A stretch of 64,000 nt of DNA, taken from a virus. Under the pieces are notes generated by a model. That model was not told where the DNA came from and did not search any database. It saw only the letters and a list, made by a program, of their open reading frames with translations. Shown here piece after piece: positions 32,992-43,672 of this stretch (positions are counted from its first letter, which is position 1; every line of letters starts with the position of its first letter). Location of the stretch: positions 1 through 64,000 of the IMG/VR virus record IMGVR_UViG_3300042305_002284; one strand, given 5' to 3'. A program made the translations under genes and the position numbers.

Positions 32992-34256
32992 GAAAAAAAG
33001 TTATAGTTAGAGGTCCGGCCATGAGTATGTCTGGTTATGGCGAACAAACAAGGTTTGCTTTACGTTCCATGAGAGAACATGAAGATAAGTTTGATATATT
33101 TTTAGAAAATATTCCATGGGGAAGAACTGGATGGATAGCAGAAGAATCAGAAGAAACTCAATGGATTCAAATGCTCATGGCAAAAACCCATCATTATGCT
33201 CAACAACAGGGTCAGTTTGATATAAGTCTCCAAATAACTATTCCAAATGAGTTCGCAAAAATGGCTCCTGTAAATATTGGATATACAGCAGGCATAGAAA
33301 CAACAAAAGTCTCTCCACAGTGGATTGAAAAAGCAAAAATCATGGACAAAATAATTGTTGTTTCTAATCATTCAAAGCAAGTATTTGACAATACAGAATA
33401 CAAACTACAGAATCCACAAACCGGACAAATAATAGGCTTCCGAAACACGACTCCGGTAGAGGTAGTTCATTTCCCAGTAAAAATGGGAGAAAAAACAGAA
33501 ATAAATCTTGATCTAAAAACCGATTTCAACTTTCTTTCTGTCGCTCAATGGGGACCAAGGAAAAATGTTGAAGCAACGCTCGTATCGTTTCTAAGAGAGT
33601 TTGCAAACGATTCCGATCTTGGTCTTGTTCTAAAGTTGAATGTTGCAAAAAACTGCATTGCCGATAGACTGGTTTGTGAAAAAAGAATAAATAGCATTAT
33701 TAAAAATAATCCAAAAGCAAAATGTAAAGTTTATCTACTTCACGGCAATATGACAGATGCAGAAATGAGAAGTCTTTATGCTCATCCAAAAATAAAAGCG
33801 TTTGTATCAACAACTCATGGTGAAGGTTTTGGTCTTCCATTTTTTGAAGCTGCTGCAGCAGGATTGCCAGTTATTGCTCCAAAGTGGAGTGGTCACGTTG
33901 ATTTCCTTCTTGCTCCAATAAAAGAAGATGGCAAGGTACGAATGAGAAACCATTTTACAACTGTTGATTTTGATCTTGGGAATGTAAATAAAGAAGCAGT
34001 ATGGGACGGAGTTATTCAAGCAGATAGCCAGTGGTGCTTTGTAAAAGAACACAGTGTTATGGACGCTATGAGAAAAGTTCAAAAAAATCACGGTGCTGCT
34101 CTCGCTCAAGCAAGAAAATTGAAAGAGTACGTATTGGAAGAATTTGCTGAATATAAACAGATAGAAAAAGTGATTAATATTTTTAAAGATTATGTTAAAT
34201 CTGATGAAATAATGGATAATTGGCTTGCTTCAATCAATCAAGTGACTACATTATGA
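32988..34256 (+). CDS. glycosyltransferase GT4
   Basis: SGYG, RKN, HGEGFGLP..EA...GLPVI. Confidence 0.9.
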   Translation: MRKKVIVRGPAMSMSGYGEQTRFALRSMREHEDKFDIFLENIPWGRTGWIAEESEETQWIQMLMAKTHHYAQQQGQFDISLQITIPNEFAKMAPVNIGYTAGIETTKVSPQWIEKAKIMDKIIVVSNHSKQVFDNTEYKLQNPQTGQIIGFRNTTPVEVVHFPVKMGEKTEINLDLKTDFNFLSVAQWGPRKNVEATLVSFLREFANDSDLGLVLKLNVAKNCIADRLVCEKRINSIIKNNPKAKCKVYLLHGNMTDAEMRSLYAHPKIKAFVSTTHGEGFGLPFFEAAAAGLPVIAPKWSGHVDFLLAPIKEDGKVRMRNHFTTVDFDLGNVNKEAVWDGVIQADSQWCFVKEHSVMDAMRKVQKNHGAALAQARKLKEYVLEEFAEYKQIEKVINIFKDYVKSDEIMDNWLASINQVTTL

Positions 34257-35092
34257 AAAAATTAATTTTTATTGCTGACTATTTTGAAGATGAGATAATT
34301 GGCGGCGGCGAAAAATGTAATTCAGAAATAATTCAAAAATTGTCTAGCACTTTTGAAACAAAAGCAATCAAATCTTCACATATCAATTTAGAATTTTTAA
34401 AAAATAATAAAAATTCAACTTATATTATTGGAAATTTTCTTCTTTTATCTTTTGAATGTAAAGAATATCTACAAAATAATTGTAGATATTTTATTTATGA
34501 ACATGATCATAAATATTTAAAAAGTAGAAATCCTGCTTTATATAGAGATTATTTAATTCCAAAACAAGAGTTAATTAATTTAGATTTTTTTAAAAATGCA
34601 AAATTAATAATATGTCAAACAAATTTTCACGCAAACATTGTCAAAAAAAATTTAGAATTTGATAATATAGTATCTGCGTCGACTAATTTTTGGTCTAAAG
34701 AAGAAAAAAACATATTATTAAAATATTCTAAAACACAAAAAAAGAATATTGCTTTTATACTTGATACAAATATAGAACATAAAAATGCACTTGGTTCAAT
34801 AGAATATTGCAATAAAAATAACTTAAAATATTTTACTTTTCAAGATTTTAATTTTGAAAACTTTATTAAGAATATTAGTAAAGCTGATAAATTTATATTT
34901 TTTCCAAAAACCCCTGAAACATTTGGAAGAGTTGCAACTGAATGTAAAATACTTGGAATGAAAATACATACAAATGGTCTTTTAGGAGTTTCTCACGAAA
35001 ATTGGTTTAAAGAACTAAATGGAATTGAATTATTAAATTATATTGAAGAGTCAAATGATAAATTTTTATATTTCCTCAAGGAAAATTTATGA
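34253..35092 (+). CDS. GT-B fold glycosyltransferase-like
   Basis: GGGE, PETFGRV..E...LG. Confidence 0.7.
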   Translation: MKKLIFIADYFEDEIIGGGEKCNSEIIQKLSSTFETKAIKSSHINLEFLKNNKNSTYIIGNFLLLSFECKEYLQNNCRYFIYEHDHKYLKSRNPALYRDYLIPKQELINLDFFKNAKLIICQTNFHANIVKKNLEFDNIVSASTNFWSKEEKNILLKYSKTQKKNIAFILDTNIEHKNALGSIEYCNKNNLKYFTFQDFNFENFIKNISKADKFIFFPKTPETFGRVATECKILGMKIHTNGLLGVSHENWFKELNGIELLNYIEESNDKFLYFLKENL

Positions 35093-35832
35093 ACAAAAAT
35101 ATAACTGTTATTTTGAATATGTATAGGCGTCCTCAAAATATGAATATGCAAATAGCCTCTGTCAGACAACAAACTATAAAGCCAAATGAAGTATGGATTT
35201 GGAAAAATCACCATGACGACAATAAATCTGTTGATTTAAATACTTTTGACGTAGATAGAAGATTTAATAATGATTTTAACTGGAAATTTTATGGTAGATT
35301 CGCCGGAGCCATGTTGGCCCAGACAGAATACGTAGCAATATTTGATGACGATACTATCCCTGGAAATAAGTGGTTTGAAAATTGTTTGGATACGATATCA
35401 AAAGTAAATGGAATATTAGGAACAGCAGGGGTTATATTGAATTCTAATATGTATGTTGATCACGAGAGATGTGGTTGGCCATCACAAAATGAACAAATAA
35501 CTAGAGTTGATTTAGTTGGACATGCATGGTTTTTTAGAAAAGATTGGTTAAAATATCTTTGGATGGAAAAACCAGCTACATGGGAAAATGGAGAGGATAT
35601 ACATTTTTCATATCTTGCTCAAAAATATGGCAATATTGAAACATATTGTCCACCGCATCCAAAATCTGATAAGATGTTTCACGGATCTTTATTAGGAATG
35701 AAGCTTGGAACTGATTCTGTTGCTACCAGCAATAATATAACAATGTCTCATAAACAGTTTTTCTCTGAAAGAGATTTGTGTGTACAAAATGCAATTAATG
35801 GTGGATGGAAAACAGTAAGGAATATCAAATGA
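35089..35832 (+). CDS. glycosyltransferase GT-A/GT2-like
   Basis: N-terminal GT2 strand, DDD, GED motifs. Confidence 0.8.
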   Translation: MNKNITVILNMYRRPQNMNMQIASVRQQTIKPNEVWIWKNHHDDNKSVDLNTFDVDRRFNNDFNWKFYGRFAGAMLAQTEYVAIFDDDTIPGNKWFENCLDTISKVNGILGTAGVILNSNMYVDHERCGWPSQNEQITRVDLVGHAWFFRKDWLKYLWMEKPATWENGEDIHFSYLAQKYGNIETYCPPHPKSDKMFHGSLLGMKLGTDSVATSNNITMSHKQFFSERDLCVQNAINGGWKTVRNIK

Positions 35833-36830
35833 TTTTAATTTGTTTCGGAACAAGACCAGAATATATTAAAATAAAACCAATATTGCAAGAATTTAATAAA
35901 AATAAATTTAATAATTACAAGATTCTTTTCACTGGTCAACATCAAGACTTAATATCTTTAAACAATCTAGATGTTGATTATAAATTAGAAATCCAATCTG
36001 GTTCAAATAGATTAGATTCTATATTTTGTTCATTGTTGAATAATGAAAGTATATTTGAAAAAATAACTCACGTTTTAGTGCAAGGAGATACTGCTTCCGC
36101 AGCTGCATTAGCCTTGGCAGCATTTCATAGAAATATTAAAGTAATTCATCTTGAAGCCGGATTGAGAACACACGATATCAACAATCCATATCCAGAAGAA
36201 TTTTACAGAAGAATGATATCAAATATGTCTTCTATAAATTTTTGTGTATCAGATATTAATAGAGCTTGGCTAGAACAAGAAAAATGCCCAGGTATCAATC
36301 ATGTAGTGGGAAATACTGTTTTAGATAATTTAAAAAATATTCCAACATTTTATGAAAATAAAATACTCATAACTTTACATAGAAGAGAAAATCACGATAT
36401 AATGGATAAATGGTTTGTTGAATTTGAAAAATTAGCCAATCAATATCTTGATCATGAATTTTTTTTACCGATTCATCCAAATCCAAATGTTTTAAAACAT
36501 GCTCATCTGTTAAAAAAAATTCAAGTAATAGAACCACTACCTCACGTGGACCTAATCAACTATATGAGTAGATGTAAGCTGTTAATAACTGACAGTGGAG
36601 GCTTACAAGAAGAATCATCTTTCTTAAAAAAGAAATCAATAGTTTGTAGAAAGGCGACAGAAAGAGTGGAAGGGCTAAATACTTTTAGCTTCTTATGTAA
36701 AGAACCTAATGAATTAGAAGAACTATTTTCAGAACTATTAACAAGTTACAAAATTGATGATATATGTCCATACGGTAACGGAAATTCTTCAGAAGTAATA
36801 TATGATATTATCAAACAGTACATTTACTGA
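35829..36830 (+). CDS. wecB: UDP-N-acetylglucosamine 2-epimerase
   Basis: GTRPE.IK, TGQH, VQGDT, HLEAGLR, HRREN, TDSGGLQEE. Confidence 0.95.
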   Translation: MILICFGTRPEYIKIKPILQEFNKNKFNNYKILFTGQHQDLISLNNLDVDYKLEIQSGSNRLDSIFCSLLNNESIFEKITHVLVQGDTASAAALALAAFHRNIKVIHLEAGLRTHDINNPYPEEFYRRMISNMSSINFCVSDINRAWLEQEKCPGINHVVGNTVLDNLKNIPTFYENKILITLHRRENHDIMDKWFVEFEKLANQYLDHEFFLPIHPNPNVLKHAHLLKKIQVIEPLPHVDLINYMSRCKLLITDSGGLQEESSFLKKKSIVCRKATERVEGLNTFSFLCKEPNELEELFSELLTSYKIDDICPYGNGNSSEVIYDIIKQYIY

Positions 36831-37524
36831 GCATTTTTCTTTCTTTAAAAATAAAATTCTAAATAAAGAAAATTTTGCTTTTGCAAGATATGCAGATGGA
36901 GAAAAAATAATATTAGAAAATAATATTATATCTTTTAATACACAAGCATATGTTGTTGATAAGTGGACTTATAATAATAATAAAATTTTTTCAAAAGATT
37001 TAATGCAAACTTGTTATCACAAAGAAGATAACTATTATTATGCTATATCTTGTAAATGTTGTGATGAAAATGGTTCAAATTATTATAAAAAATTATTAGA
37101 AAACCATAATATAACTTATTCTAATTTATTTATAAATGCAAATTACAATAAATTTATAGAATTTATTAATAAATTAGACAGAGATGTTGTTGTTTTGGCT
37201 AATAAAAATTGTTTACAATCAAATTATCCTTTTAATGTAATACAAAAAATACCTATAGAAAATGACTGCGTAAATTGGTATGAATCTAACAAAACAACAA
37301 TTATAAAAGGAATGAGTTTGTTAGCAAATAAATATAAAAATACTTTATTTTTTATTAGTGCCGGACCACTTTCAGAAATTTTGATTCATAACTTGTTTAT
37401 AGTAAATCCTGATAATACCTATATTGACATTGGTTCGGCATTAGATATATATACTCACAATAAAATAACAAGACCATATCAAAATAAAAATAGTGAATAT
37501 TCAACAAAAGAATGTGTTTTATGA
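36802..37524 (+). CDS. GT-D fold-like glycosyltransferase
   Basis: ARYADGE...SAGP...IDIGS. Confidence 0.65.
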   Translation: MILSNSTFTEHFSFFKNKILNKENFAFARYADGEKIILENNIISFNTQAYVVDKWTYNNNKIFSKDLMQTCYHKEDNYYYAISCKCCDENGSNYYKKLLENHNITYSNLFINANYNKFIEFINKLDRDVVVLANKNCLQSNYPFNVIQKIPIENDCVNWYESNKTTIIKGMSLLANKYKNTLFFISAGPLSEILIHNLFIVNPDNTYIDIGSALDIYTHNKITRPYQNKNSEYSTKECVL

Positions 37525-38396
37525 TTACTTTTATAAATTTAGGAAAATATGGTCGGCTTGGTAATCAGTTATATCAGTATGCAGCATTAAAAAGTTGTTC
37601 TTTAAAAAATAAATATATTTGTAAAATACCGGATATATCGAATACGTATTGGCACGGTCAGAAATGTTTATTAAATAATTTTCAATTAACTTCTGAACTT
37701 TTAACACAAGAAGACATAAGTTCAATAAGACATGAAATTAGTGAACCTATTGGATTTACAGGAGAATATTTAAATATTTTAGAAAATATAAAAGATAACA
37801 CAAATATTAATGGTTTTTTTCAAAATACAAAATATTTTTTAGAATATGAAAAAGAAATTAAAAATGAATTTAATTTTAAAGAAGATTTATTAAGAAAAGA
37901 AATAGATTTTATTAATAATTTAAAAGAAGATAAATATGATTTAGTTTCTTTGCATATAAGAACCGGTGATATGACAGACGGAACAAATTCAATTTATAAC
38001 AAATATTATGGGAAACATCCTTTGGATAAGAATAGTGTTTTTGGAAATTATATTAATAATGCACTAGAATATTTTTCAGAATTAAAAAATATTAAAATAT
38101 TAGTTTTTGTTGGTGGTAGTAGAACAGGAGATGATTCTAGCGATATACGCATGGCAAAAAATTATTTTAATGATTCTAAATTTATTGTAAATGATTCAAA
38201 TGAACCTATGACTGATTTTATTCGAATAAGCTTATGTAATCATAATATAATAAGTTTTAGTTCTACTTTTTCTTGGTGGGCAGCATTTTTAAATAAAAAT
38301 ATAAACAAAACAGTAATATGTCCAAAAAATTTTCATATTGAAAAAAATACTTCTTGTAATAACTATTTTTATCCAAAAGAATGGATACAGATTTAA
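37512..38396 (+). CDS. alpha-1,2-fucosyltransferase-like GT11
   Basis: GRLGNQ, GFFQ, HIR.GD, STFSWWAA. Confidence 0.9.
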   Translation: MCFMITFINLGKYGRLGNQLYQYAALKSCSLKNKYICKIPDISNTYWHGQKCLLNNFQLTSELLTQEDISSIRHEISEPIGFTGEYLNILENIKDNTNINGFFQNTKYFLEYEKEIKNEFNFKEDLLRKEIDFINNLKEDKYDLVSLHIRTGDMTDGTNSIYNKYYGKHPLDKNSVFGNYINNALEYFSELKNIKILVFVGGSRTGDDSSDIRMAKNYFNDSKFIVNDSNEPMTDFIRISLCNHNIISFSSTFSWWAAFLNKNINKTVICPKNFHIEKNTSCNNYFYPKEWIQI

Positions 38397-39193
38397 AGGA
38401 ATTTAAAATGAAAGATAATAAAAATATAGAAGATGTAAAATCATATTGGAATAATAGACCATGTAACATAAGACATTCTTTTAAACAAATTGGTACAAAA
38501 GAATATTTTGATGAAGTAGAAAAAAAGAAATTTTTTGTTGAACCTCATATTATAACTTTTAGCGAATTCCAAAATTGGAACAATAAAAACGTTTTAGAAA
38601 TCGGATGTGGTATAGGTACTGCTGCCATAAATTTTGCTAGAAATGGAGCAAATTATACCGGTATAGAATTATCTGAAAAATCTTTAAATTTAACAAAAAA
38701 AAGATTTGAAGTATATTTTCAAAAGGGACAATTTTATTGTGGAAATGCAGAAAGTTTATCTTCTTTTTTACCACAATCGAAATATGATTTAATTTATTCT
38801 TTTGGAGTTATACATCACAGTCCAAATCCTGAAAAAATTATAAAAGAAATAAAAAACTACATGCATAAAGATTCTATATTAAAAATAATGTTATATTCTA
38901 AAAATTCTTGGAAAAACATAATGATTAATGGAGGGTTTGACCAGCCAGAAGCCCAATCTGGATGTCCAATTGCAATTACATATACAAAACAAGAAGTAAA
39001 AGAATTATTAAATGGTTTTGATATATTAGAAATAAAAAAAGATCATATTTTTTCTTATGATTTAGAAAGTTATAAAAATAATTTATATAAAAAACTTCCT
39101 TGGTTTGAAAGTATGTCAAAACAGCAATTTGAACATTTAGAAAAAAATCTTGGTTGGCATCTTTTAATAACTGCTAAATTAGGAGTTGATTAA
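38381..39193 (+). CDS. class I SAM-dependent methyltransferase
   Basis: VLEIGCGIG, YSFGVIHH. Confidence 0.88.
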   Translation: MDTDLKEFKMKDNKNIEDVKSYWNNRPCNIRHSFKQIGTKEYFDEVEKKKFFVEPHIITFSEFQNWNNKNVLEIGCGIGTAAINFARNGANYTGIELSEKSLNLTKKRFEVYFQKGQFYCGNAESLSSFLPQSKYDLIYSFGVIHHSPNPEKIIKEIKNYMHKDSILKIMLYSKNSWKNIMINGGFDQPEAQSGCPIAITYTKQEVKELLNGFDILEIKKDHIFSYDLESYKNNLYKKLPWFESMSKQQFEHLEKNLGWHLLITAKLGVD

Positions 39194-40269
39194 TGAATAT
39201 AGGGATTCTAGGAATAGGTAAATTAGGTTTATGCTTTGCACTAACGCTAGAAAGAGCAGGATATAATGTAATTGGTGTGGATATAAATAAAGACTATATT
39301 GAACAAATTAATAATAAGTCTTTAAAATCCTCAGAAGAAAATGTTGAAAATTATTTAAAATTAAGTAAAAATTTTTATGCTACAATCGACTTATTTTATG
39401 CGATTAATAATTGTAAAATATTATTTATCATAGTTGCTACTCCTTCTTTACAAAACGGCGAATACGATCACTCACAAATAGAATCATTAATCGATAAAAT
39501 TAAACTTTTAGGAAAACAAAAACAGGAAAAGCATTTAGTAGTTTGTAGCACTACAATGCCTGAATATTGTGATACTATTCAGGAAAAATTAAAAAATTAT
39601 AATTATACTATAAGTTATAATCCTGAATTTATAGCACAGGGAACAATTCTAAAAAATCAAGAAAAACCAGATATGGTTTTAATTGGAGAAGGTTCGCCAG
39701 AAGCTGGAGATATAATAGAAAGCATATATAAAAAGCATACTACAAATAATCCATCAATTCACCGTATGTCTCGTACAGAAGCTGAATTGTGTAAAATATC
39801 TCTTAATTGTTTTTTAACAACTAAAATTGCATACGCCAATATGATTGGAGATATTGCAATTCGCGCAAAATGCAATCCAGAAAAAATATTAAAAGCCATA
39901 GGCTCTGATTCTAGAATTGGAAGTAAATATTTAAATTATGGATATGGTTTTGGTGGTCCTTGTTTCCCTAGAGATAATAGAGCACTTTCTATATTTGCAG
40001 AAAATAAAAATATTGATGCAATTATAAGTAAAGCTAGTGATAAAAGTAATGAAAAACATTTAAATTATCAAATTGAAAATTTTATATCTGAAAATCAAGA
40101 CAAAACAAAACAAATTTTTTTTGATTACGTAACATATAAAAAAGAATCTATACTTCTTACAGAATCACAACAACTAAAATTTGCTATAGCTTTAAAAAAT
40201 TTAGGATATAATATAGTTATAAAAGATTCTCGAGAAGAGGTAATTAAACAATTAGAAAGTATATTATAA
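39193..40269 (+). CDS. UDP-glucose/GDP-mannose dehydrogenase family
   Basis: GIGKLG, NPEF, K...N, GFGGPCFPRD. Confidence 0.92.
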   Translation: MNIGILGIGKLGLCFALTLERAGYNVIGVDINKDYIEQINNKSLKSSEENVENYLKLSKNFYATIDLFYAINNCKILFIIVATPSLQNGEYDHSQIESLIDKIKLLGKQKQEKHLVVCSTTMPEYCDTIQEKLKNYNYTISYNPEFIAQGTILKNQEKPDMVLIGEGSPEAGDIIESIYKKHTTNNPSIHRMSRTEAELCKISLNCFLTTKIAYANMIGDIAIRAKCNPEKILKAIGSDSRIGSKYLNYGYGFGGPCFPRDNRALSIFAENKNIDAIISKASDKSNEKHLNYQIENFISENQDKTKQIFFDYVTYKKESILLTESQQLKFAIALKNLGYNIVIKDSREEVIKQLESIL

Positions 40270-40273
40270 TAAT

Positions 40274-40999
40274 ATGTTAAATATTAAAATACCACAAAAT
40301 ATAACAAATATTTGTATAGACGTTGGTACTTCTTGTAATGCTCCATTTTCTGCAGAAATCTTAAAAAAACAAAAAAATACCATAATATTTGGCTTTGAAC
40401 CAAATCCACAAAATGTTGAAAGTTTACATACTGGACATGGAAAAGCAATAGAAAAATGGATTTTAAATCCTAGAATATGTTTAAGTGAAAATGCTATATA
40501 TGATAACAACATAAAAGTATGTTCTTTAAGTGATAATAATAATATATTTGAAATATTCGAATATGCAATAGATGATGTTCAGGAAGAAACTTTTAAAAAT
40601 TTTTATTGTACTTCAGAAGAGAATACTGGCTGTTCTAGTCTAAAAAAACCAATTGAAAATATATTAAAAGTTTCTATTAAAAATAAAATAAATGTAAAAG
40701 TAATACCTTTATTTTATTTATTACAACAAATAGACTGGAAAAAATATAATTATATTGATGTTTTAAAAACAGATACCCAATCAAATGATTTAAATGTTAT
40801 TAAAAGTTGTAAAGATTATATTAAAAATATAAAATATATTCAGTCAGAATATCATACAGGTGGTCAATATGAGGATGAAGATTCTCGAGAACAAAGTTTT
40901 AATAATTTTGAAGAATATATGAAAAAATATGATTTTAATTTATTAAATAGAGATTCACATGATATTATTTATATAAATAAAAGATTTAATAATGAGTAA
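40274..40999 (+). CDS. FkbM-family methyltransferase
   Basis: IDVG, GFEPNP, LKTDTQ..D. Confidence 0.75.
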   Translation: MLNIKIPQNITNICIDVGTSCNAPFSAEILKKQKNTIIFGFEPNPQNVESLHTGHGKAIEKWILNPRICLSENAIYDNNIKVCSLSDNNNIFEIFEYAIDDVQEETFKNFYCTSEENTGCSSLKKPIENILKVSIKNKINVKVIPLFYLLQQIDWKKYNYIDVLKTDTQSNDLNVIKSCKDYIKNIKYIQSEYHTGGQYEDEDSREQSFNNFEEYMKKYDFNLLNRDSHDIIYINKRFNNE

Positions 41000-41855
41000 T
41001 TTATTTATATGCCATTCAAGTGATGCTGGAAATACTGAAGGTATTGGAGCAATGGTACAATATCAAATTTATACCTATGCTTTATCAAAAATTTTAAATA
41101 TTGGATTCGCTTTTAAGCCTTTTACTCGTATGCAACATTATCAATACTTTGATATAACACAAGAAAAATTTTGTTCTGATATAAATAATTTTTTTAATTT
41201 TCCAAATGATTTATCAGAAGAAGCTAAAGTAATTGATGTAAAATTAGATGATAATTTAATAAATCTTATCAGTAATTTTAGAACAAGTAATAATAAAATT
41301 TTATTTAATATAAAAGATGAATATTTTATGAAAAAAGCTGAACAATATTTAGATTATATAGAAAATTCAAATATATTAAACAATATTATAAAAAACATTA
41401 AAATTGAAGATAATTTAAAATATTTTAATAATGAATTTTTTAATATTTGTTTACACATTCGAAAAGCTACTATTACAGATTGCGATTTTTCACCTATAAG
41501 AGAACTTTTTGATCATCAATCTAAAGATAAAATAATCAATATTTTACAACAATCAATTAATAAATTTGCCAATAATGAACAATATAAAATTCATATTTAT
41601 TCACAAGGAAAGATAGACGATTTTGATTTTATTTTAAAAAATTTTAAAAATAATGTTATTTTTCACATAGACGAATATCCGATAGTATCGTTATATCACA
41701 TGATAAATTCTGATCTTTTAATTATGTCTAATAGTTCTTTTAGTTATATTGCTCATTTATTATCAAAAAATATAACTATAGTGAGAAATAATTTTTATCA
41801 TAGAACTTATAATAAAAATAAATATTTTTATGATTCAAGAGGAAATATAATATGA
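40992..41855 (+). CDS. fucosyltransferase-like (GT11/O-FucT fold)
   Basis: EGIGA..Q, LHIR, SNSSFSY. Confidence 0.65.
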   Translation: MSNLFICHSSDAGNTEGIGAMVQYQIYTYALSKILNIGFAFKPFTRMQHYQYFDITQEKFCSDINNFFNFPNDLSEEAKVIDVKLDDNLINLISNFRTSNNKILFNIKDEYFMKKAEQYLDYIENSNILNNIIKNIKIEDNLKYFNNEFFNICLHIRKATITDCDFSPIRELFDHQSKDKIINILQQSINKFANNEQYKIHIYSQGKIDDFDFILKNFKNNVIFHIDEYPIVSLYHMINSDLLIMSNSSFSYIAHLLSKNITIVRNNFYHRTYNKNKYFYDSRGNII

Positions 41856-42883
41856 ATAAAATAAAAACTGCTCTTATACTTGGAGCTGGCGGATTTATTG
41901 GTTCTCATCTTGTAAAAAGATTGAAAAAAGATGGATATTGGGTTTGTGGTGTCGATTTGAAAAAACAAGAATTTAGCGAAACACAAGCAGATTCTTTTAT
42001 TATTGGAGATTTGAGAAATCAAGAATTTGTTAAACAAATATTTCAAACTAAATTTGATGAAGTATATCAGCTAGCAGCAGATATGGGTGGTGCTGGATAT
42101 ATTTTTACTGGCGACCACGATGCAGATATTATGCATAATTCTGCTATAATAAATCTTCATGTTGTAGAACAGTGTATTAAAACTAAAGTAAAAAAAGTAT
42201 TTTATAGTTCATCTGCTTGTATGTACCCAGCTTACAATCAAGAAGATCCAGATAATCCAAAATGCTCAGAGGAAAGTGCATACCCAGCCGCTCCAGATAG
42301 TGAATATGGCTGGGAAAAATTATTTAGTGAAAGACTATTTCTTTCTGCTATGAGAAACTATGGATTACAAGTTCGTGTAGCAAGATTTCATAACATATTT
42401 GGCCCAGAAGGAACTTGGAGCGGAGGACGTGAAAAAGCACCCGCAGCAATGTGTAGAAAAGTCTCAGAAGCCAAAGATGGAACAGAAATAGAGGTTTGGG
42501 GAGATGGTAAACAAACACGTTCATTTTTGTTTATAGATGAATGTATTGAGGCTATTCGTAGACATATGGAAAGTGATTTTTCAGGACCGGTTAATATTGG
42601 AAGCGAAGAGATGGTTACAATAAATCAATTAGCTGAACTAGTAATAGGAATTTCTGGAAAAAATTTGAAAATAAAAAACATCTCAGGCCCAGTAGGAGTA
42701 CGCGGAAGAAATTCAGATAATCGATTAATTAGGCAAAAACTTGGTTGGGATTATAAACAACCTCTTAAAACTGGATTAGAAAAAACTTATTCTTGGATTT
42801 CTGAACAAGTAAAAAATAATCGTTATAGTGACAATAATCTTAAAATATTGTTAAAATTAGGAGATTTAGATGAACGAGAATAG
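41852..42883 (+). CDS. GDP-mannose 3,5-epimerase-like SDR
   Basis: GAGGFIG, LAADMGG.G, SSAC.YP, YGWEK, GREKAPAA.CRK, GVRGRNSDN. Confidence 0.9.
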   Translation: MNKIKTALILGAGGFIGSHLVKRLKKDGYWVCGVDLKKQEFSETQADSFIIGDLRNQEFVKQIFQTKFDEVYQLAADMGGAGYIFTGDHDADIMHNSAIINLHVVEQCIKTKVKKVFYSSSACMYPAYNQEDPDNPKCSEESAYPAAPDSEYGWEKLFSERLFLSAMRNYGLQVRVARFHNIFGPEGTWSGGREKAPAAMCRKVSEAKDGTEIEVWGDGKQTRSFLFIDECIEAIRRHMESDFSGPVNIGSEEMVTINQLAELVIGISGKNLKIKNISGPVGVRGRNSDNRLIRQKLGWDYKQPLKTGLEKTYSWISEQVKNNRYSDNNLKILLKLGDLDERE

Positions 42884-43208
42884 ACCATGGGGAAGTTATG
42901 AAATTTTATTAGAAGATGATAAATGTAAAGTTAAAAAGATTATTGTACAACCTGGACAAAAGTTATCTCTTCAAAGCCATGAAAAAAGAAATGAGTTGTG
43001 GAAAATAATAGATGGCGACGGCGAAGTGACATTGAATCAAGAAATAAAACCAGTTTTTGTTGGAAGTGTGATACAAATACCAGCAAAAATGATCCACAGA
43101 ATTGAAAATGTTGGTAACAAACCACTTGTTTTTATAGAAATACAAACCGGACAATATTTCGGTGAAGATGATATAAAAAGATACGAAGACCTATATGGGA
43201 GAGCGTGA
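42870..43208 (+). CDS. mannose-6-phosphate isomerase type II cupin domain
   Basis: RPWG, LSLQSH..R.E.W, IEIQTG.Y.GEDDI.R. Confidence 0.9.
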   Translation: MNENRPWGSYEILLEDDKCKVKKIIVQPGQKLSLQSHEKRNELWKIIDGDGEVTLNQEIKPVFVGSVIQIPAKMIHRIENVGNKPLVFIEIQTGQYFGEDDIKRYEDLYGRA

Positions 43209-43209
43209 A

Positions 43210-43416
43210 ATGAAACTAAAACTATCAGATCAGTCACTGGGAGCCATTATGATGGCATTACAAAACAGCCTACTAACACAAACAGATATTGTCCCAGTGC
43301 TAAAAGGCTTTGAATTGCTATCAGACGAAAATGGAGAACTGGTTGTCAGTAATCCTCCAACATTTCGTGCTTCATTGCCAGAAGAAGACGATATGCCACA
43401 GTTTGTAAGTGAATGA
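43210..43416 (+). CDS. hypothetical protein
   Basis: 68 aa ORF within an operon. Confidence 0.65.
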   Translation: MKLKLSDQSLGAIMMALQNSLLTQTDIVPVLKGFELLSDENGELVVSNPPTFRASLPEEDDMPQFVSE

Positions 43417-43417
43417 T

Positions 43418-43672
43418 ATGCCAAGATATGCATATCATTGTGAAAAGTGTAGTGGTAGTTTTGAATACTACCACTCTCTTTCTGAAAAAAAGACCGTTTG
43501 TGAAGTTTGTAACGAACAAACCTTATTAAAAGTTCCATCTTTTGGTGGTATTATCAAAAAAGAAGTGCAACAAAAAGTTGGCGCCATAGTGGATAACTAT
43601 ATTGAAGAAGCGCGAGAAGAAATACGACGAGAAAAAGAAGAGCTAAAAAAAGTTGAGTATAAACCTGAATGA
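43418..43672 (+). CDS. FmdB-like zinc-ribbon protein
   Basis: MPRY.Y.C..C...C..C. Confidence 0.8.
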   Translation: MPRYAYHCEKCSGSFEYYHSLSEKKTVCEVCNEQTLLKVPSFGGIIKKEVQQKVGAIVDNYIEEAREEIRREKEELKKVEYKPE

